DNA of 64,000 bases from Octopus sinensis (taxonomy: Eukaryota), in NCBI RefSeq assembly GCF_006345805.1, contig NC_042998.1, forward strand, positions 178,684,001 through 178,748,000, read 5' to 3'. A model generated the notes under the pieces. The model was not told the origin of the DNA and searched no databases. It saw only the letters and a list, made by a program, of their open reading frames with translations. Position 1 is the first letter of the stretch. Every line of letters begins with the position of its first letter. Shown piece after piece: positions 27,559 to 39,559 of the stretch. Both the position numbers and the translations under genes were made by a program.

Positions 27559-27891
27559 GGCGCATGGCACAGTGGTTAGAGCGTTGAGCTTACAATCGTG
27601 AGGTTGTGAGCTTGAATCCCGGACCGGGCTGCGTGTTGTGTTCTTGAGCAAGGCACTTTATTTCACGTTGCTCCAGTTCACTCAGCTGTAGAAATGAGTT
27701 GCGATGTCACTGGTGCCAAGCTGTATCGACCTTTGTCTTTCCCTTGGATAACACTGGTGGCGTGGAGAGGGGAGGCTGGTATGCATGGGCGACTGCTGGT
27801 CTTCCATAAACAACCTTGCCCGGACTTGTGTCTAGGAGGGTAACTTTCTAGGTGCAATCCCATGGTCTGTGTCGTGACCGAAGGGGGTCTC
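27559..27891 (+). mobile_element. tRNA-derived SINE family C; other copies at 46561-46868(-), about 51695-52028(-) and 11905-12060(-)
   Basis: A box tggcacagtggttagagc, B-box-like gagcttgaatccc, core ttgagcaaggcactt. Confidence 0.85.
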
Positions 27892-28498
27892 CGATTTTGA
27901 AATTGTAACCCATAACAATTGCTGATTCTCCACAAAACTCAAGTGAAGATCCCAATAAAGTACTGCTCGTACATCTGCATCCAGAGAAAAATCACTGAAC
28001 TAATTGACATTAAATCACTAACGAATATGCTCCAGTCTCTGGTGTGCTGTCTTCACTATCTATCTTATCTACAGCTACTACAATGGTCTGTGTTCTGCAA
28101 AAGTGGCTGGTCTCATACATCCTTTATTCAGGCACTCTTCATCTACTTGTATCTCCCTCTTTTCACCCTTGTTATGTCCATCCATGCCCTGATCCTGTAA
28201 TAATCTCAGCATTCTGGAAATTTCTCCTTCCTTACGTTTTTCCTGCAGCGACTGACCAGTAAAGGTCATGGGCATTGCCCTTCCTTCTAGATTCAGCAAG
28301 AAAAAGAAAACGACTAGGAACAATCTCTGAAGTACCAATAAAACAAAGATTATTTCATTGTATTAATATTATTTCTAAACCAGTGACAAGCTAGAGCATA
28401 TTCCTGCCTGTATAGTGTTGAGTAAGTGAGACTTAGGTGAGGGGCATAGATCACACAAATTAAGATGCCTCTTGAAGGGAAGCAACTGGATAATTTAA

Positions 28499-28717
28499 CC
28501 CTTTAATATTTAAACCGGCCATATCGGGCCAAAATAGCTAATCTGTTTTATGTCCAAACTGACCAGATCCAGGCTTTCACACCTACCCTACAATGTTATT
28601 CTACATTAAGTAATTACACCATCAAGATCTTGAAGATATGAGATAATGCATGATTAATTCAAATCAATGGGAATCAATAGGCATTATGTTTGATAGAATA
28701 ATCTGAACACTAAAGGG
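28499..28717. mobile_element. piggyBac-type MITE (outer family)
   Basis: TTAA target duplication; ccctttaa and taaaggg ends. Confidence 0.8.
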
Positions 28718-29011
28718 TTAAAGAAAATGTAATATCTATTTTTTTACTTACTTTTGGATAATATCCATATTCTCAGTTGGTTAAGTTAGGAAGTCTAGCA
28801 GAATAGTGTAATGACAGTTACTTCTGATATGACCTTATGGAGGAGGTGCCTGAAAACTATACTCCTACAACCTTTCAAAGAACAGTGGGCAGTGAAAATG
28901 GATGGATGGGTCTTAGAACAACTTCTATTGATATTGAATGATGAAATAACATTTTAACTTAATACTGGTACAAAGAAAACTTTAAAGATTTTAAAAGAAG
29001 AAAATACTTAC

Positions 29012-29285
29012 CTGTATCAAAAGGTTTTTTAGAGCTAGAAACATAATAGGGTACCATTAAACCAAACAAAAGTGAGATGCCGATGATAGCTAAGTTGCGA
29101 GATGAGTTCATATCTATATACATCATGTTGGAGAGTACTAGACCAATAAAAATACCAAAACTGATAATTTGTACTCCACCAAGTACAGGGTAAGGAATTA
29201 TCACAAAAATTGCACCAAGTTTTCCAAGGACTCCAAATAGAATGAAGATGACGCCAACCATTTGAAATACTCGTCTGCTTCCAAC
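29012..29285 (-). CDS. SLC23A: SLC23/NAT exon (VGSRRVFQ...IPYPVLGG...DMNSSRNLAIIGISLLFGL...PFDT)
   Basis: tag/gtaagt splice sites, 274 nt; VGSRRV, PxPVLGG and SSRNL motifs. Confidence 0.96.
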
Positions 29286-30427
29286 CTAGAATATAAGAAT
29301 ATTTAATAAATAAAGAATTGTTTTTTTAAATATTTTCTTTTTTTGTTCAATTCACTCTCTGCTGTTCATGCTTTCAAATATATAATGGCCAGCAATATTC
29401 TAAAATAACTACCTTCATATAGCTATGACATATAATCTTTAGAATTTGGCAAGTAGGTGGTCCCAGCAAAAATGAATCCAGTTAAAAGAAAAAATATGAT
29501 CTACAAGCAAAGTAAAAAAAAATCTTTCTTGCTAGTAACATTAAAGCTTTGAATTTTACAGTTAAAATTTGGAAGATCTCTCTCTGTTGCAGTGGTAGCA
29601 TACCCATCTACTCTATGATAGACGCATGGTTCAATTCCAGTCAGTGACTTTGTCCACATTTTTCTGTGTGAGGGAATTATTGGCCATAGCTATAGCTACA
29701 CTGGCATTTAAGCAATTTTGTAAAAACAGTCCAGATAAGTCTTAAGTGACATGTGAGAAATATAAATTTAATAGTATGGAACTACAGGATATAGTAAAAC
29801 AAGTTATTTGTTTTACAAATTTTTACTATAAACTGTGAAAACTGAAAATTAATTTCGTCAGTAAATTCCAACTGGTTTTCATTAGGTGGCACATAAAAAG
29901 CACCCACTACACTCATGGAGTGGTTGGCATTAGGAAGGGCATCCAGCTGTAGAAACACTGCCAGATCAGACTGGGCCTGGTGCAGCCTTCTGGTTTCCCA
30001 GACCCCAGTTGAACCGTCCAACCTATGCTAGCATATATATACATATATACGACAGGCTTCTTTCATTTTCCATCTACCAAATCCACTCACAAGGCTTTGG
30101 TCGGCCCGAGGCTATAGTAGAAGGCACTTGCCCAAGGTGCCACGCAGTGGGACTGAACCCAGAACCATGTGGTTGGGAAGCAAGCTATTTACCACACAGC
30201 CACTCGTTGAACTATTAGTTCACTTGCATTCAGGTGGTGGGGTGCGATATCGGAGTGTTTGAGTGACATTAGACCCCAACAAACGTCCATAAATTAAATG
30301 CATCTATCTCGGCCACAATCATGGCCTGTCGACCTGTGCCTCATGGCCACAATTGTGGCCCGTCATGCTTTATGTGTTAAAACTATAAACAAATAAAACA
30401 AATACAAACAATTCAGTTATTGATTAC

Positions 30428-30681
30428 CTTTGTTATTCCAATTGCTCCAATGTTTCCTCCGTAGGTGCTGGTGCCATGTCCAGCCCCAAAGGCCCCTGCA
30501 AGACAACTGGCAAACCCTTCAATCATGATACCACGGTTGACAGCATGGCTAGGAGGGGGTGGGAGACCACACATTCGAGCACATGCATAGTAGTCCCCAA
30601 TTGAATCAATGATAGATGTCATCGTAGCTATTATAAAACCAACGAATGCAGACGCTAGGAAACTAGGTGGACCAAACTGAC
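30428..30681 (-). CDS. SLC23A: SLC23/NAT exon with substrate-site helices and NAT signature (GQFGPP...SIIDSIGDYYACAR...TYGGNIGAIGITK)
   Basis: cag/gtaatc splice sites, 254 nt; SIGDYYACA, PPPxHAVNRGI and NxGxxxxTK motifs. Confidence 0.96.
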
Positions 30682-33547
30682 CTGCAAAGTAAAAAGAAAA
30701 AAAAAAGGGTCATCAGTCATTAAATTGACAACACAAATTTCGGTCAATAAACAAATAATGAATATCCATCGAGTTGAATCAACAAAGAATTTTTAGCGGA
30801 GCTAGAAACAGTAGACAAATCTTTCTTGTATCATATTGTATCATATTGTCATAATGAAAGGAATAACTTTAGGGAATGTAGTGCTAAATACACTATGACA
30901 GAACTTACACACATGCATGCACACACACATACACAAGTGCACCTTGAGGTACAGGCATGATTGTGTGGTTGAGAATTTCGATTCCCAACCACATGGTTTC
31001 AGGTTCAATCCCATAGTATGGCACCTTGGATAAATCAACAGAAACTGAAAGAAGTGTGGTGTGTGTGTGTGGTGTGTGTGTGTGTGCGTGCGCGCGCATG
31101 TGCACGTATATATACATACATGTGTATCAGGTCACTTCTGAGCCCTCTCATGATTGCTATTGGCAACATGGAATCTAGTACATCCTGTTGCTTGGTCGAG
31201 TTGTTGGCAACTAAACTGGCACTCCCACCTGGCTAGCTTGGAGAGAAGGGTTGCTAGAAACCCAGCAGGACTAAAAACTAGACCTGTCAAAAGGGCAGAT
31301 GAATCTAGTGCAGGTTCAATGACTATATAGTATTAGCATGGATACTCAAAAATTCTGAACTGGTGTTTGGCATGCTGGAAGACCACTAGAAGTAAAGCAT
31401 CTCTCAGCTTCTGTTAAGGCATATCTCTAGGAGAAGGTCAATCTGATATAATACTACATATACAGGGAATAGCATTGGAGATTTTGGGGATCTTTTGCTT
31501 GCCCTAGAAATCATGGCACTCCTACATTCCTGAACTTTCAACTGATATTAGTACTAGATATCTTGCCTTAACTCATCTCAGGATCATGTCAATAGGGTGG
31601 AGAGGGTCTATGAGGTGTTGTGCAAGCCTTATTAGACCTAAAATTTTGTACAGGCATTGCTTTGTCAGTGATGGTCATACTCAACTAACATGCCATCAGC
31701 CATCATCGTATATGTGTGTGAGTGTGTGTGCACATTTGTGTCTCATTGTCTTGACATAACATGATAGTTGAAAATTGTGTGCTATATTAAGTTGTCTTGA
31801 CATAACACAATAGTTGTGAATTAGTGTAATTCTGCAAAAAACATGTCTGGCCTTGGGGTAATATTATCTTGTTTGAAAACAGGAAATGGTGATAGGAAGA
31901 GCATCTGGTCTTTGAATAAGTCTCGATAAACTGCATGTAACTCATGCAAGCATGAAGGAGAAGAAGGATGACAATGAGGATGAGATGGCAATGATTCTTT
32001 CCTATACTTGCATGAGCCAGATGGAATTTGGTAGATGGTAGATTTTCCATGGTTGGATTGCTCTTCATGTCAACCAAGCAAGAAAATATTTTCTTACAGC
32101 TGGATATATTTCCATGGAATACTGGAAACGAAGAACACCGCTTGTGTAGTGGTGATGGTCATTTGTAATGATCACATGATATCAAGAAAAGGACACACAA
32201 ACACACATGCGCATATAATCATCATCATCATTTAACACCAGCTGGCATGAGTTGAATGGCTTTTTCAGTTTCTTTCTACCAGATATAATCACAAAGTTTT
32301 GATCAACCTGGGACTATAGTAGAAGACATTTGCTCAATGTACCACATAATGGGACTGAAAATGAAACCATGTGGTTAGGAAGTAAACCTATTAACAACAC
32401 AGTCATCTCTGTGTGTGCACACACACAGGCGCACGCATAAACATGCATCTGTTTTTTTCTTAAAACAAATTATCATTTTTCTGTGCCAGTGGAATGTTAG
32501 AAGCAACATTCAAGTGTGATCATTGCCAGGGCCGCTGACTGGCTCCTGTGCTGGTGGCACGTAAAAAAAGTACCTTTCGAGCATGGTCATTGCCAGTGCT
32601 GCCGGACTGGCTCCTGTGCAGGTGGTGTGTAAAAAGCACCATTTGAGTGTGGCCGATGCTAGTACCACCTGACTGGCCTTCATGCCGGTGGCACATAAAA
32701 GCACCCACTACACTCTCGGAGTGGTTGGCGTTAGGAAGGGCATCCAGCTGTAGTAACTGTGCCAGATCACACTGGAGACTGGGCTCGCTGACCCTCAGTT
32801 AAACCGTCCAGCCCATGCCAGCAGGGAGAGCAGATGTTAAAAGATGATGATGTATCAATGCTGATCATAACTTTCTATTCATATGTAGTGAAGATGCATG
32901 ACTTAGTGGTTAGTGTATTCCTCTCCTGATTGTAAGGTCGTGTGTTCGATTCCTTGTGACATGCTGTGTCTTTGAGCAAGGCACTTTATTTTATGTTGCT
33001 CCAGTCCATTCAGCTGGCAAAAATGAGTTGTACCTCTATTTCAAAGGGCCACCCATGTCACATTCTCTGCAACACTGAATCTCCCTGAGAACTATGTTAA
33101 GGGTATGCATGTTTGTGGAGTGCTGAAACGTTAGCACGCTGGCAGAAACGTTAGCACGCCGGGCGAAATGTGTAGCCGTATTTTGTCTGCCGCTACGTTC
33201 TGAGTTCAAATTCCGCTGAGGTCGACTTTGCCTTTCATCCTTTCGGGGTCGATAAATTAAGTACCAGTTACGGACTGGGGTCGATGTAATCGACTTAATC
33301 CTTTTGTCTGTCCTTGTTTGTCTCCTCTGTGTTTAGCCCCTTGTGGATAGTAAAGAAATAGGTATGCATGCTTGTGGAGCGCTCAGCCATTTGCATGTTT
33401 AATTTCATGGGCAGGCTGTTCTGCAGATCAGATCAAAATGAAACATTCTTTGTCATAACCAACAGAGTGCCAGTTATTTCACATGTAAAAAGCATTAAAC
33501 ACATATATATAACATAAGTAAAACAAGAGACAAACAATTATACATAC

Positions 33548-33704
33548 CGGGATATGGGAAATAAAACCAGGATGAAGAATGTACAACATGAAATCTGCTG
33601 TCTGTCCGAGCAAAGTACTGTGAGTTTTGGGGATTACTAGACAAAACTCCAGCTTTGGTTAAGATGTCACTTAGAATCCAACCAAATATTATAGCAAACA
33701 GTAT
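33548..33704 (-). CDS. SLC23A: SLC23/NAT exon (ILFAIIFGWILSDILT...ARTD...WFYFPYP)
   Basis: tag/gtatgt splice sites, 157 nt; ARTD and WxxxPYP motifs. Confidence 0.93.
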
Positions 33705-34389
33705 CTAGTAAACAGAGAACAGAATGACAATATTCATAATAATACACTGTATATAGAAATGTAGATCACAATAATGAAGATAATAATAGTGGTGATGATG
33801 AGTTTGATGACAGGGAAAACGACATTAACATATAATAATTATCATTTATAATTTTATTGATATAATATTTGTTGTTTAACCACAAGTCAGTACTGGTTGA
33901 ACAGCTTTATGATTAAAAGCATTCCAACCATGACTATCCATCTCTTTTTTAACTAGCTATTTTATATTCTAGGATATATATCATCCAATATTTCCTTCCC
34001 ATTTTTAAGACAGTAAGGTGTGATTTTAGGAAGATTTAGCTGTTACTACTAATAGATCAATCAGTCACGTAGAGGCTCCCATACTGTTTTAACTTAAGTA
34101 ATATTTTGTTGGTAGAAGTGTAAGGAAGCATATTTCACCAATGTAAACATGAGGAAGTTTTAATTCGTTGCAAAGTACTTGATTTTCTTAATGATTGAAG
34201 CACAGAATGTATGACACTTGTATAAGAAGTGATAGGCGCAGGTATGGCTGTGTGGGAAGAAGCTTTCTTATCAACCACATGGTTTAGTCCCACTGTATGG
34301 CACCTTGGACAAGTGTCTTCTACTATAACCTTGGGCTGACCAAAGCCTTGTGAGTAGATTTGGTAAACGGAAACTGAAAGAAGCTCATC

Positions 34390-34420
<31 letters not shown>

Positions 34421-34722
34421 TGTATATGTTTGTGTTTTGCCTCCCACCTCTGTCACTTGACAACCGATGTTGGTGTGTTTATGTCCCCATAACATAGCAG
34501 TTGGGTCAAAAAGACCAATAGAATAAGTTCTAGGCTTACAAAGAATAAGTCTTCGGGTCGATTCGTTTGACGAAAGACAGTGCTCCAGCATGGCCACAGT
34601 CAAATGACTGAAACAAGTAAAAGAATAAAAGAATGCAAAACATGGGTATTGACAGGAGAGAGTGTATAAAGGATGAAAAGAAATTCTCAGCTCTTTTATA
34701 TTCTGTTGTTTATGCACATTAA

Positions 34723-34940
34723 TCCTTTCATTGCTGTATTTTGAGATGCTCTGTGTTTCTTTCAATTAATCTTAAATATAACAAAGAATATAGTAAAATG
34801 ACTTAGTTATCATTAAACTAGTGTTAAGAGCATAAATTGTGACTAAGGTTTGGTGGAAGATTTTAATTCAAAACTTATGAAAACAAGACATTTGTACTAC
34901 AGAGCCAGAGCCAGTTTCCATCAGGTTTGTATCGAAAGGG
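34723..34940. mobile_element. piggyBac-type MITE (inner family, inverted relative to 23129-23348)
   Basis: TTAA flanks; reverse-complement similarity to 23129-23348. Confidence 0.8.
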
Positions 34941-37073
34941 TTAACATTATACACCTATGCTCAGCTAGATATGTAATACACATGTGATGCTCATGTGTAT
35001 GAGTAATCAGCTGAGAGAAAAACTGGTTGTAAGAGGAATCAGATGGAATAGCAAGAGAGAAGAACAAGTTGACAACAAACATGTGATGCCTACAAAAGAT
35101 GACAGTTGGGAAAAAGAGAGCCAACTAATCTAAGCAAAAGTAACTCTCTGATAAGGAAGATGTCTGGAAAAAAAAAAAGCCAATGTAGGTTAAACGTCAT
35201 CAATGAAATATTAAGAAACTGCAACAAGTGGCTGGAAGAGACTTGTCCAACCCAACGCAAGCATGGAAAAAAGCAACCTCCAGCCCGTGCCAACATGGAA
35301 AACAAACATTAATTGTTGTTGTTATTGATGATGATGATGATGGTGGTGATGCATATGTGACACAGTAAAGATTATATAAAAATGTTGATAAGCTCTTAAG
35401 AATGCATGTTTATTTTCAATTTCTTATAGCTACAATTTCTAGCTTGGAGAGAGACTAATTCCTCTAAATTGATTTATTCTGTGACCCAACAATCTGCTAA
35501 GACTTACGAAACACTTTCATGTCTCTTCACACCCATGCATATACATGATTCTCAAGGATCGGCTTGGCTGCGTGACAAGAAGCTTGCTTGCCAACCATAT
35601 CATCTTGGGATCAATCCCACTTTGCAATATCTTGGACAAGTGTCTTCTACTATAAGCCCCAGGGCAACCAAAGCTTTGTGAGTGGATTTGGTAGATGGGA
35701 ACTGAAAGAAGCTCGCATATACATCATCATCACCACTGCCACTATTGTCATCATCCTTTAACATCTGTTTTCCATGCTTGCATAAGTTGTATGGTTTGAC
35801 AAAATCTGGAGCCACAAGGCTGTGTTGAGTTCCAGTGACAGCTTTGGTATGTTTACTATGGCTGGATGCCCTCCTTAATGCCAACCACCTTACAATGTGT
35901 ATTGGGTGCATGACATTAAAAGAATAGAAAAGAGGAAAAAGTCTCCATGAATAAACATGGATGAGAGTTAAAGAAGGAGAAATGACTTTATGCCAGGTTG
36001 TGGGAGGCATGACAGAAGGACAAGCAGAGGTACCTTGCTACAGAAGCAGTACATGGCTACCAAACATTATATAGGAATGAGCAGTATTAGTAGCAATGAG
36101 GTGCCAGAGCAAATTCACAAAGTACAGGGTAAGCATAAGAAAGGTTTGTCGGTGATGCAACTTCAGAAGGCAGCGATTTTTTTTTTCCACAGGGTCACCA
36201 ACTGTAACGGGTAGGTTATGATAAATCAAAAGCATGTGAAGTAAAGTTTGTGTTTGGGTTCTCTTTATTGTTTAGTAGTAATTGTGGAGAGAGATAGAAT
36301 GATGTTGTGTGAGAGTTGTAGGGTGTTGTCTCACAGTTTCTGACAGTAAATTTCATTTCCCTCACTGACCATTATCTTTAGTAGAAGCATTCTTTGTGAT
36401 CATGATTCTAGCAGTCCGTTCCCTAACTAATTGAGTCGTCACAACCCACCTCACTCAGTTGTCACCAAGTGACTACTTGGTTGAGTCGTCACCGACTGTG
36501 ACTAACTGATTTCTGCTTGGGGTGTTCTTGCTTTTTATAACTATCCAGAAGGATAGACATATCATTGAGAACAATAGATTTAGTTGGTGGTCTTGTTATC
36601 TCTATTTTAGCTTTTGACACATGCAAGCATCAGAAAGTGGATGTTAAATGATAAGGATGTGTGTGTGTGCATGCATGCACGCATGTGTTTATGTGAGTCT
36701 GAGTACATGTGTGTGTGTGTGTGTGTGTGTACCCTTGTCTTGACATTACATGTCAGTTGTAAACAAGTATATGGTCCATTTCCAGTCGTCTGTGAAGAAT
36801 ATGTTGCTTGGAAACAAGTAAAGATTGGTAGTTGGAAGAACATCTGGTCATAGAAAATCAACCTCAACAAATTCTGTATGACTCATGCATGCATGGAAAA
36901 GTGGACGTTAAACAGAGGTGATGATGATGATGATGGTGAGAAAATAAGTGACAAAGAAAAACTGATAGCTAAACTAAGCTCAGCAAGGCATCACTCACTC
37001 ACACAGCTGAATGAAGTAGTATAGCAAGAGTTAAGTACCTTGAACATACACGAAAACTTAAATGAATACTTAC

Positions 37074-37194
37074 TGCAAACACTTTGTGTAAAGGATAGTT
37101 CATGAGATGACAGTGTTTTTGTTTATTCCAACTGGGTATATAGCAATTTAGCTTATCACAGTATAGACATAAAATTCCAGCAAAAACAGCAGTT
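37074..37194 (-). CDS. SLC23A: SLC23/NAT exon (TAVFAGILCLYCDKLNCYIPSWNKQKHCHLMNYPLHKVFA)
   Basis: tag/gtaagt splice sites, 121 nt, phase 2 to 0, bridging the flanking exons exactly. Confidence 0.88.
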
Positions 37195-38351
37195 CTAGAA
37201 ATAAAAAATATGTACAGAAAAGATAATTATTTCTAATTTAGGCACAAGGCCAGAAATTGGAAGAGAGGTAGGGTGTTAGTGGCTTACATAGGGCCCCAGT
37301 ACTTGACTGGTACTTTATTTTATCAACCCACAAAAAATGAAAGGCAAAGAGCTGAAATGAATACTACAATGCAATTTTTTCTAAAGCTCAAAAAATATTG
37401 CTAATTTACTGCCTGCTTGGTGAAAATTATTAGCTAGAGGTGAGAAAATACTTCAGCAGTTTTTATTTTAAGCAAGTTATTTTTAATTTACACTCATTTT
37501 TACAAGTGGGTAAATAAATACAATAGGCTTACAAACTGTATTCATATTGTTGATAATGTTTGAATTTGACGGTTAAAATTATTTATAGACGAAAGAAACA
37601 TGTTAAAAAACTTTGTAGTTCAATAACACAATGTACCTAGGTTTTTTTTTTTTATTTACACTAAATTAACATATAACAGAGATAGTTTTTGGTTAGTCTG
37701 AAGAGAAACAATGCTAATATTCTTTTTTGGAGTTTCTTAAATGATAGGATGAGATCAGAATAGTAGGGTGAGATTCATGTAATGTACAAAAAGTAATAAC
37801 GCTTGTGGGGAGATAAGTCACTGTTATCTTTAGCAGTTGAGCGCCTATCATTGATGAGACCAAGGAAGGTTGAAATCAGGTGATCTGGTGGTCTCGGCAC
37901 TGAAGACTGTGGGGATTTGTCTTCCCACTAGTGATATAAAGAAACATAATTTCTAATATTTAAGTCAGGGTCCTTTCAGTATACAATCTCCACTTTGTAC
38001 TGATACATCACAATTATTTTCCTCCATCACTAGTGTTTTACTTCGAAGCTAGAATGGTTAATATTTAATTTGTCTGTTGTAGTTTATTATTTGTCAGGAA
38101 TGCAAATAATAGACTATAACAGAGTGGGAACTTCCAAAACAATGCAGTATGAAAATAAAGGTTTTGGCAAAATGTAACTGAGAATGGCAGAAATTTAATA
38201 TTTTGGAAGATAAAAAGGATAATTTTAAAAGTGAAAGAAGATACTCAGGAATGTAATAGGATGTTGACAGGTACCTTGTTCACATGTCATATTTTTTTAA
38301 CAAGCTCACTGGCTAATTGTAACACTAGCACCTATTTTGATACTGTTTCTA

Positions 38352-38495
38352 TATATCACTTGTGGGGAGATAAGTCACTGCTATCTTTAGCAGTCGAGCG
38401 CCTATCATTGATGAGACCAAGGAAGGTTGAAATCAGGTGATCTGGTGGTCTCTGCACTGAAGATGGCAGGGATTTGTCTTCCTACTAGTGATATA
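38352..38495. mobile_element. About 144-bp TA-ended MITE; further copies at about 37794-37938 and 61653-61795 (inverted)
   Basis: About 22-bp TIR tatatcacttgtggggagataa / ttgtcttcctactagtgatata. Confidence 0.65.
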
Positions 38496-39559
38496 AGCAA
38501 ATGTGCATTTTGTACCAAATGCCAAGATGAAAATTTCTGTCATGGCATCTATCGTAGTACAGTTTATTCTAACAGAATGTCCACATTTGAGTGAGGATAA
38601 ATATTATATCTTCATCTTTTAAGATGATTTGTGGGATGACGTCAGCAGCTGGGTGCGTTGACCGGAAGCTGGGGCAAGCGGAATGGGTCAGCCGTCAGGC
38701 GTGCGCAGAGAGCGGTCAATTGGGCCTTTTTCCAACGTGGGTCGTGCAGGTGACAAGACATGTGAGGACGTCGCTAAGGGTTTGGGCTAGCAGTTGCTAT
38801 CGTTAGTGTTCGGGTCGGGGCTGTGTGGAAGGACTAGTTACCACTGGAGGGTCTCCGTCACTAAGAAGAGAAGGTAGGTGCCTTTATATTCAAATCGCAC
38901 ACACACTACAGATTAAGATTCCACTTCTTATACTGCAACAACAGAGGATGCAGCCATGCAGGAAACCAAAGATTCACAACTACTTTTCTCTATACAATAA
39001 CTTCTAATGAAACTAAGGAAATGGTGGCTGCGCAAGATGACCAGCCTCACTCTCTCATCCCTGCTGTCAAGACAGCTAGGACTATATTAGGGATGCAGAG
39101 GAATGACCATGCTGAGTTGTGTGTTTTACCATGCTCTGGGTGATGCATACCACAGTGGCATTGCTGGATATTGCCCTTTGGCCTGTTGACTGTTGGGTTT
39201 ACTCCATGCAATCTGCCAAAAACTCCAGTCTTCAAATGCATCATAAACATACACATATATATATAAATGAAGACAGATGAACAACAATGATGATGAACAA
39301 TGATGTTTCATACATTCACAATATCTATTTCTTTATTGCCCGCAGGGGGCTAAACATAGAGGGGTCAAACAAAGGGATTAAGTTGATTACATCAACCTCA
39401 GTGCATAACTGGTACTTATTTAAACAACCCTGAAAGGATGAAAGGCAAAATCGACCTTGGCAGAATTTGAACTCAGAACATAACGGCAGACAAAATACCG
39501 CTAAGTATTTTGCTCAGCATGCTAACATTTCTGCCAGCTGACTGCCTTAATATATTCAC

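Noticed and set aside
27559-27630. tRNA-like sequence with A and B boxes
   Set aside because: It is the head of SINE family C and continues into a SINE body, so it is not called a tRNA gene.
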